Below, one piece after another: positions 53,006 to 61,821 of a stretch of DNA of 64,000 bases. The DNA lies in the NCBI GenBank assembly GCA_964599565.1, contig CAZRFE010000003.1, forward strand, positions 10,379 to 74,378, written 5' to 3'. Made by a program: the position numbers and the translations under genes. The stretch is from an uncultured Gammaproteobacteria bacterium. Lineage in GTDB: Bacteria > Pseudomonadota > Gammaproteobacteria > Natronospirales > JAJUFS01. The notes beneath the pieces are model-generated. The model ran no database searches. It worked only from the letters and a program-made list of their open reading frames with translations, and was not told the origin of the DNA. Each line of letters starts with the position of its first letter. Within the stretch, counting starts at the first letter, position 1.

Positions 53006-53597
53006 GCACCGCGCTCCCGCGCGCAGTCCGCTTCATGCGGACGAGAATCACGCCGGGTACGACGTACAGCGCAATCAGCATCAGGCCCATGAGAAGGAGC
53101 ACGTACAGCCCCGGCCAGGCGAACATCACCGCCGAGCCCGCCCACCAGCCGAACGAAAGATTCCGAAGCCACGGCATGCCCGCGAGCGTGCCCGTCATGA
53201 ACACGGCGCCGCCGACGAGCGCGCTGGACAGCGCGGACATGTGCTGGCCGCCGAGATGGCCGCTGCCGACGCCGACGAAGAAGATGATCAGCATGCTGAT
53301 GCCCATCGACATCCAGACCATGCCGATCAGCCGGCCGGCCGGCGCTTCCACCGACTCGCGCCGTTCCGCGCGCATCAGCAGCAACATGCCGATGCCGCCG
53401 AGCGCAAGGCACGCCGTCCAGTACGCCATCGACGGCACGTTCCACCGCCCCGTCGCCGTCAGCCATGTCCCGATCAATCCAAGCCCGATGGCCACGCCCC
53501 AGACGATGAAATAGCCGCCGTGCACGTAAACCGTGCGGCGAGTGTCTTCCATCACCCGGCGGATGTAGGCGAGGTCCGCGTACGGATCAGTTCCCAT
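52998..53597 (-). CDS. Hypothetical polytopic membrane protein (first gene of regulator operon)
   Basis: 199 aa from ATG 53597 (GGAGG RBS 9 nt upstream); ~6 TM helices; no family recognised. Confidence 0.5.
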   Translation of the reverse strand: MGTDPYADLAYIRRVMEDTRRTVYVHGGYFIVWGVAIGLGLIGTWLTATGRWNVPSMAYWTACLALGGIGMLLLMRAERRESVEAPAGRLIGMVWMSMGISMLIIFFVGVGSGHLGGQHMSALSSALVGGAVFMTGTLAGMPWLRNLSFGWWAGSAVMFAWPGLYVLLLMGLMLIALYVVPGVILVRMKRTARGSAVHE

Positions 53598-53614
53598 GAA
53601 TAGTTCCTCCTCAG

Positions 53615-53659
53615 AAAGTACTTTTAAATACAAAGTAGTTTGCGGATAGCTACCTGTCA
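53615..53659 (-). promoter_or_regulatory. Candidate promoter with palindromic operator for the membrane-protein/HTH_34 operon
   Basis: Minus strand: TTGACA (53659-53654), 17 nt, TACTTT. The 10-bp palindrome AAAGTACTTT (53615-53624) and near-copy AAAGTAGTTT (53632-53641) overlap the -10/leader. AT-rich island in GC-rich DNA. Confidence 0.4.
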
Positions 53660-53770
53660 AGCCCGACCGACGAACGGCGCGTTCCTGTGCGGTTTTGTCC
53701 GTGCAGGCCTTCGGTTAGCATACGGGCCCGCCGTTCCGGGCCGCACGGCCATAAAGCCCAAGGAGATTCC

Positions 53771-55054
53771 ATGACCGCCTCTTCCCGCGACCTGTTTGCC
53801 GACGCGAAGCGCTATATCCCCGGCGGCGTGAACTCGCCGGTGCGCGCCTTCAAGTCCGTGGGCGGCGACCCGGTGTTCTTCGCGCGCGCCGACGGTCCTT
53901 ATGCGTGGGATACCGAGGGCAAGCGCTATATCGACTACGTCGGCTCCTGGGGTCCCATGGTTGCGGGACACAACCACCCGAAGGTACGCGACGCGGTGCT
54001 GCGCGCGGTGGAAAACGGCCTGTCGTTCGGTGCGCCGACGCCGGCGGAAACGACCATGGCGCGCAAGGTCTGCGCGCTTGTGCCATCGATCGAACTCGTG
54101 CGCATGTGCAACTCCGGCACGGAAGCGACGATGTCCGCGATCCGGCTCGCGCGCGGCTACACCGGCCGCGAGAAGATCGTGAAGTTCGAAGGCTGCTACC
54201 ACGGCCATTCGGACGCGCTGCTGGTGAAGGCGGGATCCGGCGCGCTCACGCTCGGTGTGCCGACTTCGCCCGGTGTGCCGAAGGGCGCCGCGGAACACAC
54301 GCTCACGCTCGACTACAACGATGCCCAGCAGGTGCGGAAGGTCTTCGGCGAGATCGGCGGTGAAATCGCCTGCGTGATCGTCGAGCCTGTCGCCGGCAAC
54401 ATGAACTGTGTGCCGCCCGCGCCCGGCTTTCTCGAAACGCTGCGCGAGATGTGCGACGAACACGGCGCGGTGCTGATCATCGATGAAGTGATGACGGGTT
54501 TTCGCGTCGCCCGCGGCGGCGCGCAGCAACGTTACGGCGTCACACCCGATCTCACCACGCTCGGCAAGATCATCGGCGGCGGCATGCCGGTCGGCGCGTT
54601 CGGCGGCAAGCGCGACATCATGGAACAGCTCGCGCCGCTCGGCCCCGTCTACCAGGCGGGAACGTTGTCGGGAAATCCCGTTGCGATGGCGGCCGGCATC
54701 GCAATGCTCGACATCGTCAGCGAACCGGGCTTCCACGATCGTCTCGCCGCGCTCACCGAGCAGTTGTGCGGCGGACTTGCCGACGCCGCGAAGCGCGCCG
54801 GCGTTCCGCTTGTCATCAACCAGGTGTGCGGCATGTTCGGCCTGTTCTTCACCGGGCAGGAATCCGTCACGTCATTTCGCGACGTGATGGCATGCGATGC
54901 GAAACGCTTCGGAAAATTCTTCCACGGCATGCTGGAGCACGGCGTGTATCTTGCGCCATCGGCGTTCGAGGCGGGCTTTGTCTCGACCGCGCACAGTCCC
55001 GATGACATCGCAGGCACTGTCGCGGCCGCGTACTCGGTGTTCAAGTCGCTATGA
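53771..55054 (+). CDS. hemL: Glutamate-1-semialdehyde 2,1-aminomutase
   Basis: [28 protein letters not shown]-terminus; class-III aminotransferase; AAGGAG RBS before ATG 53771. Confidence 0.95.
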   Translation: MTASSRDLFADAKRYIPGGVNSPVRAFKSVGGDPVFFARADGPYAWDTEGKRYIDYVGSWGPMVAGHNHPKVRDAVLRAVENGLSFGAPTPAETTMARKVCALVPSIELVRMCNSGTEATMSAIRLARGYTGREKIVKFEGCYHGHSDALLVKAGSGALTLGVPTSPGVPKGAAEHTLTLDYNDAQQVRKVFGEIGGEIACVIVEPVAGNMNCVPPAPGFLETLREMCDEHGAVLIIDEVMTGFRVARGGAQQRYGVTPDLTTLGKIIGGGMPVGAFGGKRDIMEQLAPLGPVYQAGTLSGNPVAMAAGIAMLDIVSEPGFHDRLAALTEQLCGGLADAAKRAGVPLVINQVCGMFGLFFTGQESVTSFRDVMACDAKRFGKFFHGMLEHGVYLAPSAFEAGFVSTAHSPDDIAGTVAAAYSVFKSL

Positions 55055-55452
55055 ACCACGATCACTTTCAGCCGGAAACGCTTTACGACCTGCTCGGCGG
55101 CGATGCCGGCGTGCGCCGGCTGGTGGATCATTTCTATGACGTGATGGATCGCGATCCGCAGGCGAACGTCATTCGCCGGATGCATCCGGACGATCTCGCG
55201 GACTCCCGCGACAAGCTGTACGAATTCCTCTCCGGCTGGACGGGCGGGCCTGCGCTTTATCACGAGAAGCGCGGCCATCCGCGTTTGCGCATGCGGCACC
55301 TGCCGTTCTCGATCGGCACGCCGGAAGCGGCGCAATGGCTTTACTGCATGTCCGTCGCCTGCCGCGAACTGCAGGTTCCGGCTGCGGTCGAGCAGCGCCT
55401 GATGCAGGGACTGACGATGACCGCGAACCACCTGGTCAACCGCGACGCATGA
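55051..55452 (+). CDS. Group II truncated hemoglobin (trHbO)
   Basis: LYDLLGG...[43 protein letters not shown] are typical GlbO-type motifs. ATG overlaps hemL stop (ATGA). Confidence 0.85.
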   Translation: MNHDHFQPETLYDLLGGDAGVRRLVDHFYDVMDRDPQANVIRRMHPDDLADSRDKLYEFLSGWTGGPALYHEKRGHPRLRMRHLPFSIGTPEAAQWLYCMSVACRELQVPAAVEQRLMQGLTMTANHLVNRDA

Positions 55453-55711
55453 TCGACTGACCTTCTCGCCTCAGACACCCGTAGCATGGAAACGCGCTGC
55501 AGCATCCTGAAAGCGCATCTGTCGCACTGCACTCGCCGCAACAGCATTCTCGCTTTTATGAAGCCCGCGTTTTCCTTCACGCCTGCCGGTATCAAGCGGC
55601 GTCGGAAAGAACGGCGGACGAACAGGTACGACGAGAACCTGTACCGGGAAAATCCCGTGTGCGGAATCACCGGAAATGATCTACGCTTTCCTTCGGTAGG
55701 GAGGAACATGC

Positions 55712-56152
55712 ATGAACAATCCGTTCAAATTCCTGCGCGACGCGGAATGGAAATCGCTGCTTGCCAACTCACAGATCAAGGCGTTTGCGCCTGACGAAGT
55801 CATTCTCGAGGAAGGTCACCGCCCTGGCGGCATCATCGTCATCCGCTCGGGCGAGGTGAAGGTCTGCCGCGATCACGGCGGCTTCATGATCGAGCTGGCG
55901 GAATCGGGACCGGGAGAAATCTACGGCGAGATGTCGTTCATCGAGGCCGAAGCCGCGAACGCAAGCGTCATCGCAAAGACGGACGTCGAGCTGCTTTACA
56001 TCACGCATCCGCAGGTGCAGAGCATCATCCGCGAGAATCCGGGGTTCTTCGGCCGCTTCTTCCAGTCTCTTGCCTACCTCCTTTCACAGCGGCTGCGCGA
56101 AACCACCGGACAGGTCACGGTGCAGCGAGCGGACACCTGGCAGGACGTGTGA
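55712..56152 (+). CDS. Stand-alone cyclic nucleotide-binding domain protein
   Basis: 146 aa; cNMP-binding beta-roll (VILEEGHRPGGIIVIRSGEVKV...GEIYGEMSFI); no DNA-binding or other output domain. GGGAGGA RBS. Confidence 0.8.
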   Translation: MNNPFKFLRDAEWKSLLANSQIKAFAPDEVILEEGHRPGGIIVIRSGEVKVCRDHGGFMIELAESGPGEIYGEMSFIEAEAANASVIAKTDVELLYITHPQVQSIIRENPGFFGRFFQSLAYLLSQRLRETTGQVTVQRADTWQDV

Positions 56153-56197
56153 GACACATCCCGTGCTAGTCTGACCGCAGGCAACTGCGGTCGCGTC

Positions 56198-56710
56198 ATG
56201 CCGGATTTCTTCACCGACATCACTCACTGGCTTTCCCAGAACGCCGCGTGGATCGGCGTCGCGCTCGGCGTGGCCGCGTTCGCGGAATCGTTCTTCGTTG
56301 TCGGCGTGGTACTGCCCGGCGCACTGGTGCTGTTCGCGCTCGGCGCACTCGCCGGCGGTCTCGACATGGCGCTGCTGCCGCTGTTGCTGTGGACCGCAGC
56401 CGGCGCAAGCGCGGGCGACATCTCAAGCTTCTTCATCGGCCGCGAACTTGAACACCTGTTCCACGACCGCACGCCCGGGCGCCGCTGGCAAAAGCATCTC
56501 GACCGCACGCACGCGTTTCTCGAAAAGTGGGGAATGCTCGCCGTTGTCGTCGGACGTTTCGTCGGTCCGCTGCGCCCGTTCCTGCCGGCCGTCGCCGGTG
56601 CGGCCGGCATGAGCCGCCGCGTGTTCATTGCAAGCGATATCGTCTCGTCGCTCGCATGGGCGCCGTTCTACCTGCTGCCCGGCTATTTTTCCGCAAGCGC
56701 GTTTTCCTGA
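56198..56710 (+). CDS. DedA-family (SNARE-associated) membrane protein
   Basis: AFAESFFVVGVVLPG, AGDISSFFIGR, GRFVGPLRPFLPAVAG motifs; 170 aa. Confidence 0.75.
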   Translation: MPDFFTDITHWLSQNAAWIGVALGVAAFAESFFVVGVVLPGALVLFALGALAGGLDMALLPLLLWTAAGASAGDISSFFIGRELEHLFHDRTPGRRWQKHLDRTHAFLEKWGMLAVVVGRFVGPLRPFLPAVAGAAGMSRRVFIASDIVSSLAWAPFYLLPGYFSASAFS

Positions 56711-56720
56711 ACGTTCGAAA

Positions 56721-57338
56721 TCACGGCTTTCCCCAGCGCGGACCGAGCGCGTGCGGCACGCGCAGGTGATCGAGCACGCGCGCGACGACGAAATCGATCA
56801 TGTCGTCGATGCTTCCCGGCGCATCGTAGAACGCAGGCACCGGTGGCAGGATGGTGACGCCAAGACGCGCGAGCTTGAGCATGTTCTCGAGATGAATCGC
56901 GGAGAAGGGCGTCTCGCGCGGCACGAGCACGAGCGGGCGATGCTCCTTGATCATCACATCCGCCGCGCGTTCGATCAGCGAACGGCTTGCACCGACGGAA
57001 ATCGAGGAAAGCGTCGCCATGCTGCACGGGCATACGGCCATTGCATCCGGCGGATTCGATCCGCTCGCGCACGACGCCGTCCATTCTTCCGGGCCGTGCG
57101 CGCTAAGGAGATGCTTCTGCGTACCGAAACGCTGCGAGAACCATTCGGCGTATTCGGAGATGCGGCCGGGAAGCTTCCAGTCGGTTTCCGTGCCGATCAC
57201 GACCTGCGCGGGCTTGGAAATCATCAACTGCACGCGATGCTCCTGGCGCAGCAGGATTTCCAGCAACCGGAGGCCGTACTGCACGCCGGATGCGCCCGTG
57301 ATCGCGAGCGCGATGCGGCGCGGCGATGTTTCACTCAT
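56721..57338 (-). CDS. ubiX: Flavin prenyltransferase UbiX
   Basis: RRIALAITGASGVQYGLRLLE, flavoprotein fold; ATG 57338 overlaps the mpl stop by 8 nt. Confidence 0.9.
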   Translation of the reverse strand: MSETSPRRIALAITGASGVQYGLRLLEILLRQEHRVQLMISKPAQVVIGTETDWKLPGRISEYAEWFSQRFGTQKHLLSAHGPEEWTASCASGSNPPDAMAVCPCSMATLSSISVGASRSLIERAADVMIKEHRPLVLVPRETPFSAIHLENMLKLARLGVTILPPVPAFYDAPGSIDDMIDFVVARVLDHLRVPHALGPRWGKP

Positions 57339-58707
57339 TGTCCTGCTCCCGTCGTTCCAGCGCGGCGAGCAGCTTGCCATGCAGGCCGCCGAAACCGCCG
57401 TTCGACATGATCACCACCTGGTCGCCGGCACGAACGAAATCGCGGATGTCCGCAACAAGCGATTCGATGCTTGTCGCACTCGCACCGCGCGCACCGAGAT
57501 GCTGCGTGATGTCGTTCACCGGCCAGTCGACATACGGCGGCTGGTAGATGAATACATGATCCGCCGGCGCAAAGCTCGCGGCGAGTTCGTCGCGGTGCAC
57601 GCCCATGCGCATGGTATTCGAGCGCGGTTCGAACACCGCAATCAGCCGCCGTTCGCGCGCGCTGTTGCGCGCACCCTCGAGCGTGAGGCGGATCGCTGTC
57701 GGGTGATGCGCGAAATCATCGAAGACCTTCACGCCGCCGATATCGCCGCGAAGTTCCATGCGCCGCTTCACGCCGCGGAATTCCGCGAGCGCATCCACGC
57801 CGGTCTTTGCGGGAACGCCCGCGTGCCGCGCAGCCGCAATGGCGGAAAGTCCGTTCAGCATGTTGTGCGTGCCGTTCAGCGTCCAGCGCACGCGACCGAC
57901 GATCTCGCGGTTGAAGCTGATCTCGAATTCGCTCGCGGCATCGTTCAGCGCGTGCGCATTCCATGCGGACTTCCCGTCGCTGCCGAACGTCTCCCGCGCC
58001 GTCCAGCAGCCCTGCTCCAGCGTCGATGCAAGATTCGTGTCCGCGCCGTTGGCAACGATCAGTCCGTTCCCGGGAACCGTGCGCACGAGATGATGGAACT
58101 GCCGCTTGATGGCATCGAGGTTCTCGAAGATGTCCGCGTGATCGAACTCGAGGTTGTTGAGGATCGCGGTGCGCGGCCGGTAGTGCACGAACTTCGAACG
58201 CTTGTCGAAGAACGCGGTGTCGTATTCGTCCGCTTCAAGCACGAAGAACGCGCTGTCGGTAAGGCGCGCGGAAACCTCGAAGTTCCCCGGCACGCCGCCG
58301 ATGAGAAAGCCGGGATTCAGCCCCGCGTACTCCAGTATCCAGGCGAGCATGCTGGATGTCGTCGTCTTGCCGTGCGTGCCCGCGACGGCGAGCCGCCATT
58401 TTCCCGCGAGCGCGTTTTCCGCGAGCCACTGCGGGCCGGAAACGTATGCAAGATCGTTGTCGAGCACGTATTCAACGGCAGGATTGCCGCGCGACAGCGC
58501 ATTGCCGATGACGACGACATCGGGCCGCGGCGAGAACTGCGCGGGATCCCAGCCTTCCGTCAGCGGAATGCCGAGACGTTCGAGCTGCGTGGACATCGGC
58601 GGGTAGACGTTCGCGTCCGAACCGGTGACGGCATGGCCCGCAGTCTTCGCGATCGCCGCGATGCCGCCCATGAACGTTCCGCAGATTCCGAGAATGTGTA
58701 TGTGCAT
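57331..58707 (-). CDS. mpl: UDP-N-acetylmuramate:L-alanyl-gamma-D-glutamyl-meso-diaminopimelate ligase
   Basis: MHIHILGICGTFMGGIAAIA N-terminus, AVAGTHGKTTTSSM P-loop; 458 aa; mpl-ubiX synteny as in Pseudomonas. Confidence 0.9.
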   Translation of the reverse strand: MHIHILGICGTFMGGIAAIAKTAGHAVTGSDANVYPPMSTQLERLGIPLTEGWDPAQFSPRPDVVVIGNALSRGNPAVEYVLDNDLAYVSGPQWLAENALAGKWRLAVAGTHGKTTTSSMLAWILEYAGLNPGFLIGGVPGNFEVSARLTDSAFFVLEADEYDTAFFDKRSKFVHYRPRTAILNNLEFDHADIFENLDAIKRQFHHLVRTVPGNGLIVANGADTNLASTLEQGCWTARETFGSDGKSAWNAHALNDAASEFEISFNREIVGRVRWTLNGTHNMLNGLSAIAAARHAGVPAKTGVDALAEFRGVKRRMELRGDIGGVKVFDDFAHHPTAIRLTLEGARNSARERRLIAVFEPRSNTMRMGVHRDELAASFAPADHVFIYQPPYVDWPVNDITQHLGARGASATSIESLVADIRDFVRAGDQVVIMSNGGFGGLHGKLLAALERREQDNE

Positions 58708-58718
58708 CGGGGTTCCGT

Positions 58719-59258
58719 TCAGTTCGCGGGGAATGGCACGAGCTGCTGCTTGATGAGCGATGTCGCAATCACGTACAGCACCGCGATGAGCATGCCCGCA
58801 CCCATTCGTGCATCAAGCGCATTGCGATACACATGCGCGAGGAACACAAGTTCCCAGGCAAGAAACGCGAGCATGCTGAGCAGGATGAACAGGTTCTGTA
58901 TGCCCGCGGCATTCACCAGCAGTACCGGCAGGAGCGCGAGCCCTATGACCGTTTCGCCGCCGAACAGCGCCGTCGCGGCCTGCAGCCAGCGTTCCCGGCG
59001 GCGCGCCAGCGCGAGCACGAATGCAGCCGCCGCCGCGAGATTGAACGCGGACAGCAAGGCGCGCGCAATGGAGTAGCGCATGTCGCCGGACAGCACATGA
59101 TTTCCCGCAAGCGATGTGAGCAGGTATGCGAGAAGCACGAGGCCGAGCAGGAAGCGCGACGCGGGAAAGGCCTGCGGTGGCAGGCGCATCAGCGCGAGAT
59201 CGAGAAAGCGGCTGAAAAGTGCGAACATGCTCGGGCTTGCCGGAGTGCGGTTTGGCAC
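58719..59258 (-). CDS. Hypothetical membrane protein
   Basis: 179-aa ORF, 4-5 TM helices, no family recognised. Start may be Met11 (59228). Confidence 0.45.
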   Translation of the reverse strand: MPNRTPASPSMFALFSRFLDLALMRLPPQAFPASRFLLGLVLLAYLLTSLAGNHVLSGDMRYSIARALLSAFNLAAAAAFVLALARRRERWLQAATALFGGETVIGLALLPVLLVNAAGIQNLFILLSMLAFLAWELVFLAHVYRNALDARMGAGMLIAVLYVIATSLIKQQLVPFPAN

Positions 59259-59319
59259 GCATCATACCGCAACCCTTCCGCCCGCTCATCGGCGTTTCAT
59301 CGCCCGCCAGGGATATTCC

Positions 59320-60504
59320 ATGCCGCAATTCGCTTTCATAGACACCGCGCCCGCGCTGCGCGCATTCCTCGACGATACGGCGACGGCAAATGTCGTCGCG
59401 CTTGATACCGAGTTCATCCGCGAGAAGACCTATTATCCGCGGCTGTGCCTGCTGCAGGTCGCGGCCGACGAGCGAATTGCGTGCATCGATCCGCTCGTGC
59501 TGCAGGAAGCCGACCTCGCGCCGCTGTGGAACCGTCTCGCCGGTCCCGGAACGCTCGTGTTGCTGCATGCGGGCAGGCAGGATCTTGAAGTCATCTTCCA
59601 GGCTTCAGGCCGGATTCCCGCATCGGTGTTCGATACGCAGATCGCCGCCGCACTCTGCGGACACGGCGACCAGGTCGGTTATGCAACGCTCGTACGCGAC
59701 ATTCTCGGCATCGAAGTCGACAAATCCATGACGCGCGCGGACTGGTCGCGCCGGCCGCTGCCGAATGAAGCGCTGGAATACGCCGCCGACGACGTGCGCT
59801 ACCTGCACGCGCTCTACACGCATTTCGATACGCGTCTTGAAGGGCTCGGCCGCCGCGCGTGGCTGCAACCGGAAGTCGCGGCACTCGTTGCGCCATCGCA
59901 ATACGAACCGGATCCCGCGAACGCATGGCGGCGCATCCGCGCAGCCGCAAAGATGAAACCGAAGGAAGTCGCCGTGCTGCGCGCGCTCGCCGAATGGCGC
60001 GAACGCGAAGCCATGCGCGTTGACCGTCCGCGCCAGTGGCTGCTGAAGGACGATGCGCTCGTGTTCATTGCGCAGCGTCCGCCGAAGAACGTCGCCGCGC
60101 TCATCGCCGTGCGTGGCGTCGAGGAAGGCTTTGCCTCGCGTCACGGCGAGACGTTGCTGTCGCTCATCGAAACCGCGCGCCAGGCGCAACCGCCGTCCGA
60201 CCTGCCGCAGATGCGCGAACGGCTGACGCCCGCGGAAGAAGCGCAGACCGATCTCCTGATGGCCGCGCTCAAGGCGATCGCGGCGGAGAATGAACTTGCA
60301 CCGGCGAGCATCTCGAGCCGCAAGGAGATCGAGCGGCTGGTGCGCGGCGATCGCGACATCGACCTGTTGCGCGGCTGGCGGCTGGCAGCGGCGGGCGCAA
60401 GGCTGCTCGATGTGCTCGAAGCCCGCGCGGCGCTGATGGCGGCGCACGATGGCGTGCAACTCGTGACGGTGAACGAGAACGAGAAGACAGGCGACGCGCT
60501 GTAG
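59320..60504 (+). CDS. rnd: Ribonuclease D
   Basis: MPQFAFIDTAPALRAFL...VVALDTEFIREKTYYPRLCLLQV (DEDD exonuclease motif I), YAADDVRYL, HRDC region. ATG 59320. Confidence 0.9.
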   Translation: MPQFAFIDTAPALRAFLDDTATANVVALDTEFIREKTYYPRLCLLQVAADERIACIDPLVLQEADLAPLWNRLAGPGTLVLLHAGRQDLEVIFQASGRIPASVFDTQIAAALCGHGDQVGYATLVRDILGIEVDKSMTRADWSRRPLPNEALEYAADDVRYLHALYTHFDTRLEGLGRRAWLQPEVAALVAPSQYEPDPANAWRRIRAAAKMKPKEVAVLRALAEWREREAMRVDRPRQWLLKDDALVFIAQRPPKNVAALIAVRGVEEGFASRHGETLLSLIETARQAQPPSDLPQMRERLTPAEEAQTDLLMAALKAIAAENELAPASISSRKEIERLVRGDRDIDLLRGWRLAAAGARLLDVLEARAALMAAHDGVQLVTVNENEKTGDAL

Positions 60505-60531
60505 GCGCGTTTCAGCCGCGAAAGGAAAAAC

Positions 60532-60560
60532 AAAAAAGCCGGAAAATTTCCGGCTTTTTT
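60532..60560. terminator. Bidirectional rho-independent terminator
   Basis: AAAAAAGCCGG-aaaattt-CCGGCTTTTTT between convergent rnd and adk. Confidence 0.7.
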
Positions 60561-60588
60561 GCATGCTGCTGAAAACCTTCTGCGGTTC

Positions 60589-61104
60589 TCAGCGCTTCTT
60601 CCTTCCTGCGGCCTTCTTCTTCTTTGCCGCCGCTTTCTTCACTGCGGGCTTTTTCTTCACCGCGGTCTTCCTTGCGGCGGGTTTCTTCTTCACCGCCGGT
60701 TTCTTCGCAACCTTCTTGCGGCTTGCAGCCTTCTTCGCCGCGGATTTCTTCGCCACGGACTTCTTCGCCGCAGCCTTCTTCGCGACAGGCTTCCTGCTGC
60801 CCGCTGCCTTCTTCGCAACCGGCTTCTTCTTCACGGCCGTTTTCTTCGCGGTTGCCTTCTTCTTCGAGGCGGCAGGCTTCGCAGCAGTCTTCTTCACCGC
60901 GGCTTTCTTCGGCGCGGCCTTGCTGGCTGTCGCTTTCTTCGGCGCGCTCTTCAGTTCAGCCTTCTTCGCGGCGGGTTTCGCTTCCGCCGCCTTTTCGCCG
61001 TTCTTCTTCGCGGCCGTCTTCTTGCCGGCCTGCTCGCGCAGCTTGGTCGCGGCCTTGTGCACGGCCGCCACGCGCGCGCGCTGCTTCGCCGCGGCCTTCG
61101 CCTG
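60589..61104 (-). repeat. Low-complexity coding repeat (AAG/AAA-AAG-GCN units) encoding the Lys/Ala tail
   Basis: The plus strand is a run of imperfect GCC/GCG-TTC-TTC-TTT units, and its mirror frames give Phe- and Ser/Pro-rich shadow ORFs. More than 25 AKK/KKA/KKP units in the protein. Confidence 0.8.
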
Positions 61105-61755
61105 TTCGCGAACCGGCTCCAGCAGTTTCACCAGGCGCGCGAAGATGTCCTCGATGTCGCCCGTGCCCTTCAGCGTGTGCAGCTTGTGCTGGTCGCGGTA
61201 GAACTCGATCAGCGGCTTGGTCTGCGCTTCATAGACGCGCAGGCGGTTGCCGATCGTTTCCTCGTTGTCGTCGGCGCGATGGTGCAGCGGTCCGCCGCAC
61301 TTGTCGCACTGGCCATCGATCTTCGGCGGCGCGGTGTAGACGTTGTACATCTGCCCGCAGACCTCGCAGGTGCGGCGGCCGGCAAGGCGCTGGATGAGGC
61401 TGTCGAGATCCACGTCCACGAGGATCGCGGCGTCGAGCGGCTGGCCGAGGCGCAGCAGCATCTGGTCGAGCGCCTGCGCCTGCGGGATGTTCCGCGGGAA
61501 TCCGTCCATGATGAAGCCGTTCTTCGCGTCCGGCTTCTTCAGGCGCTCCTTGATGATGCCGAGCACGATCTCGTCGGAGACGAGCTGCCCGGAATCCATC
61601 GCGGCCTTCGCCTTGCGGCCGAGCGTCGTGCCGGCCGCGAGCGCTTCGCGCAGCAGGTCGCCCGTCGAAATCTGCGGGATGCCGTATTTCTCGACCAGTT
61701 TCTTGGCCTGCGTCCCCTTGCCCGAGCCGGGCGCCCCTAGCAGCACGATTCTCAT
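60589..61755 (-). CDS. adk: Adenylate kinase fused to a ~170-aa Lys/Ala-rich histone-H1/AlgP-like C-terminal tail
   Basis: Single 388-codon ORF. Residues 1-~217 are canonical Adk (GAPGSGKGTQ, Zn-lid CEVC...CDKC, DIEDIFARLVKLL). It continues without a stop into ...AAKKAELKSAPKKATASKAAPKKAAVKKTAAKP...KKAAAKKKKAAGRKKR. Confidence 0.9.
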   Translation of the reverse strand: MRIVLLGAPGSGKGTQAKKLVEKYGIPQISTGDLLREALAAGTTLGRKAKAAMDSGQLVSDEIVLGIIKERLKKPDAKNGFIMDGFPRNIPQAQALDQMLLRLGQPLDAAILVDVDLDSLIQRLAGRRTCEVCGQMYNVYTAPPKIDGQCDKCGGPLHHRADDNEETIGNRLRVYEAQTKPLIEFYRDQHKLHTLKGTGDIEDIFARLVKLLEPVREQAKAAAKQRARVAAVHKAATKLREQAGKKTAAKKNGEKAAEAKPAAKKAELKSAPKKATASKAAPKKAAVKKTAAKPAASKKKATAKKTAVKKKPVAKKAAGSRKPVAKKAAAKKSVAKKSAAKKAASRKKVAKKPAVKKKPAARKTAVKKKPAVKKAAAKKKKAAGRKKR

Positions 61756-61821
61756 GTCTTCTCGCTCCGTGGATTTCGCAACGCACCAAGCGCCGGCCGG
61801 CAGGTGCGGAAACAGCTGCCC

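Noticed and set aside
55486-55794. 102-aa ORF in the gap upstream of the cNMP-binding gene.
   Set aside because: No RBS, Arg/Cys-rich composition, and it overlaps the well-supported start (GGGAGGA RBS + ATG 55712) of the next gene in another frame.
59251-59270. TGGCACGcatcatACCGC resembling a sigma-54 -24/-12 element upstream of rnd.
   Set aside because: The -12 element (TTGCW) is not matched. Other TGGCAC occurrences (5351-5400, 36251) are inside rnpB or coding sequence with wrong spacing.
60563-61201. 212-aa Phe/Ala-rich ORF, plus Ser/Pro/Arg-rich ORFs, on the plus strand.
   Set aside because: These are mirror images of the Lys/Ala repeat of the adk tail (AAG/GCN read backwards as CTT/TTC). 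The minus-strand frame is continuous with a bona fide Adk domain and ends at a terminator.
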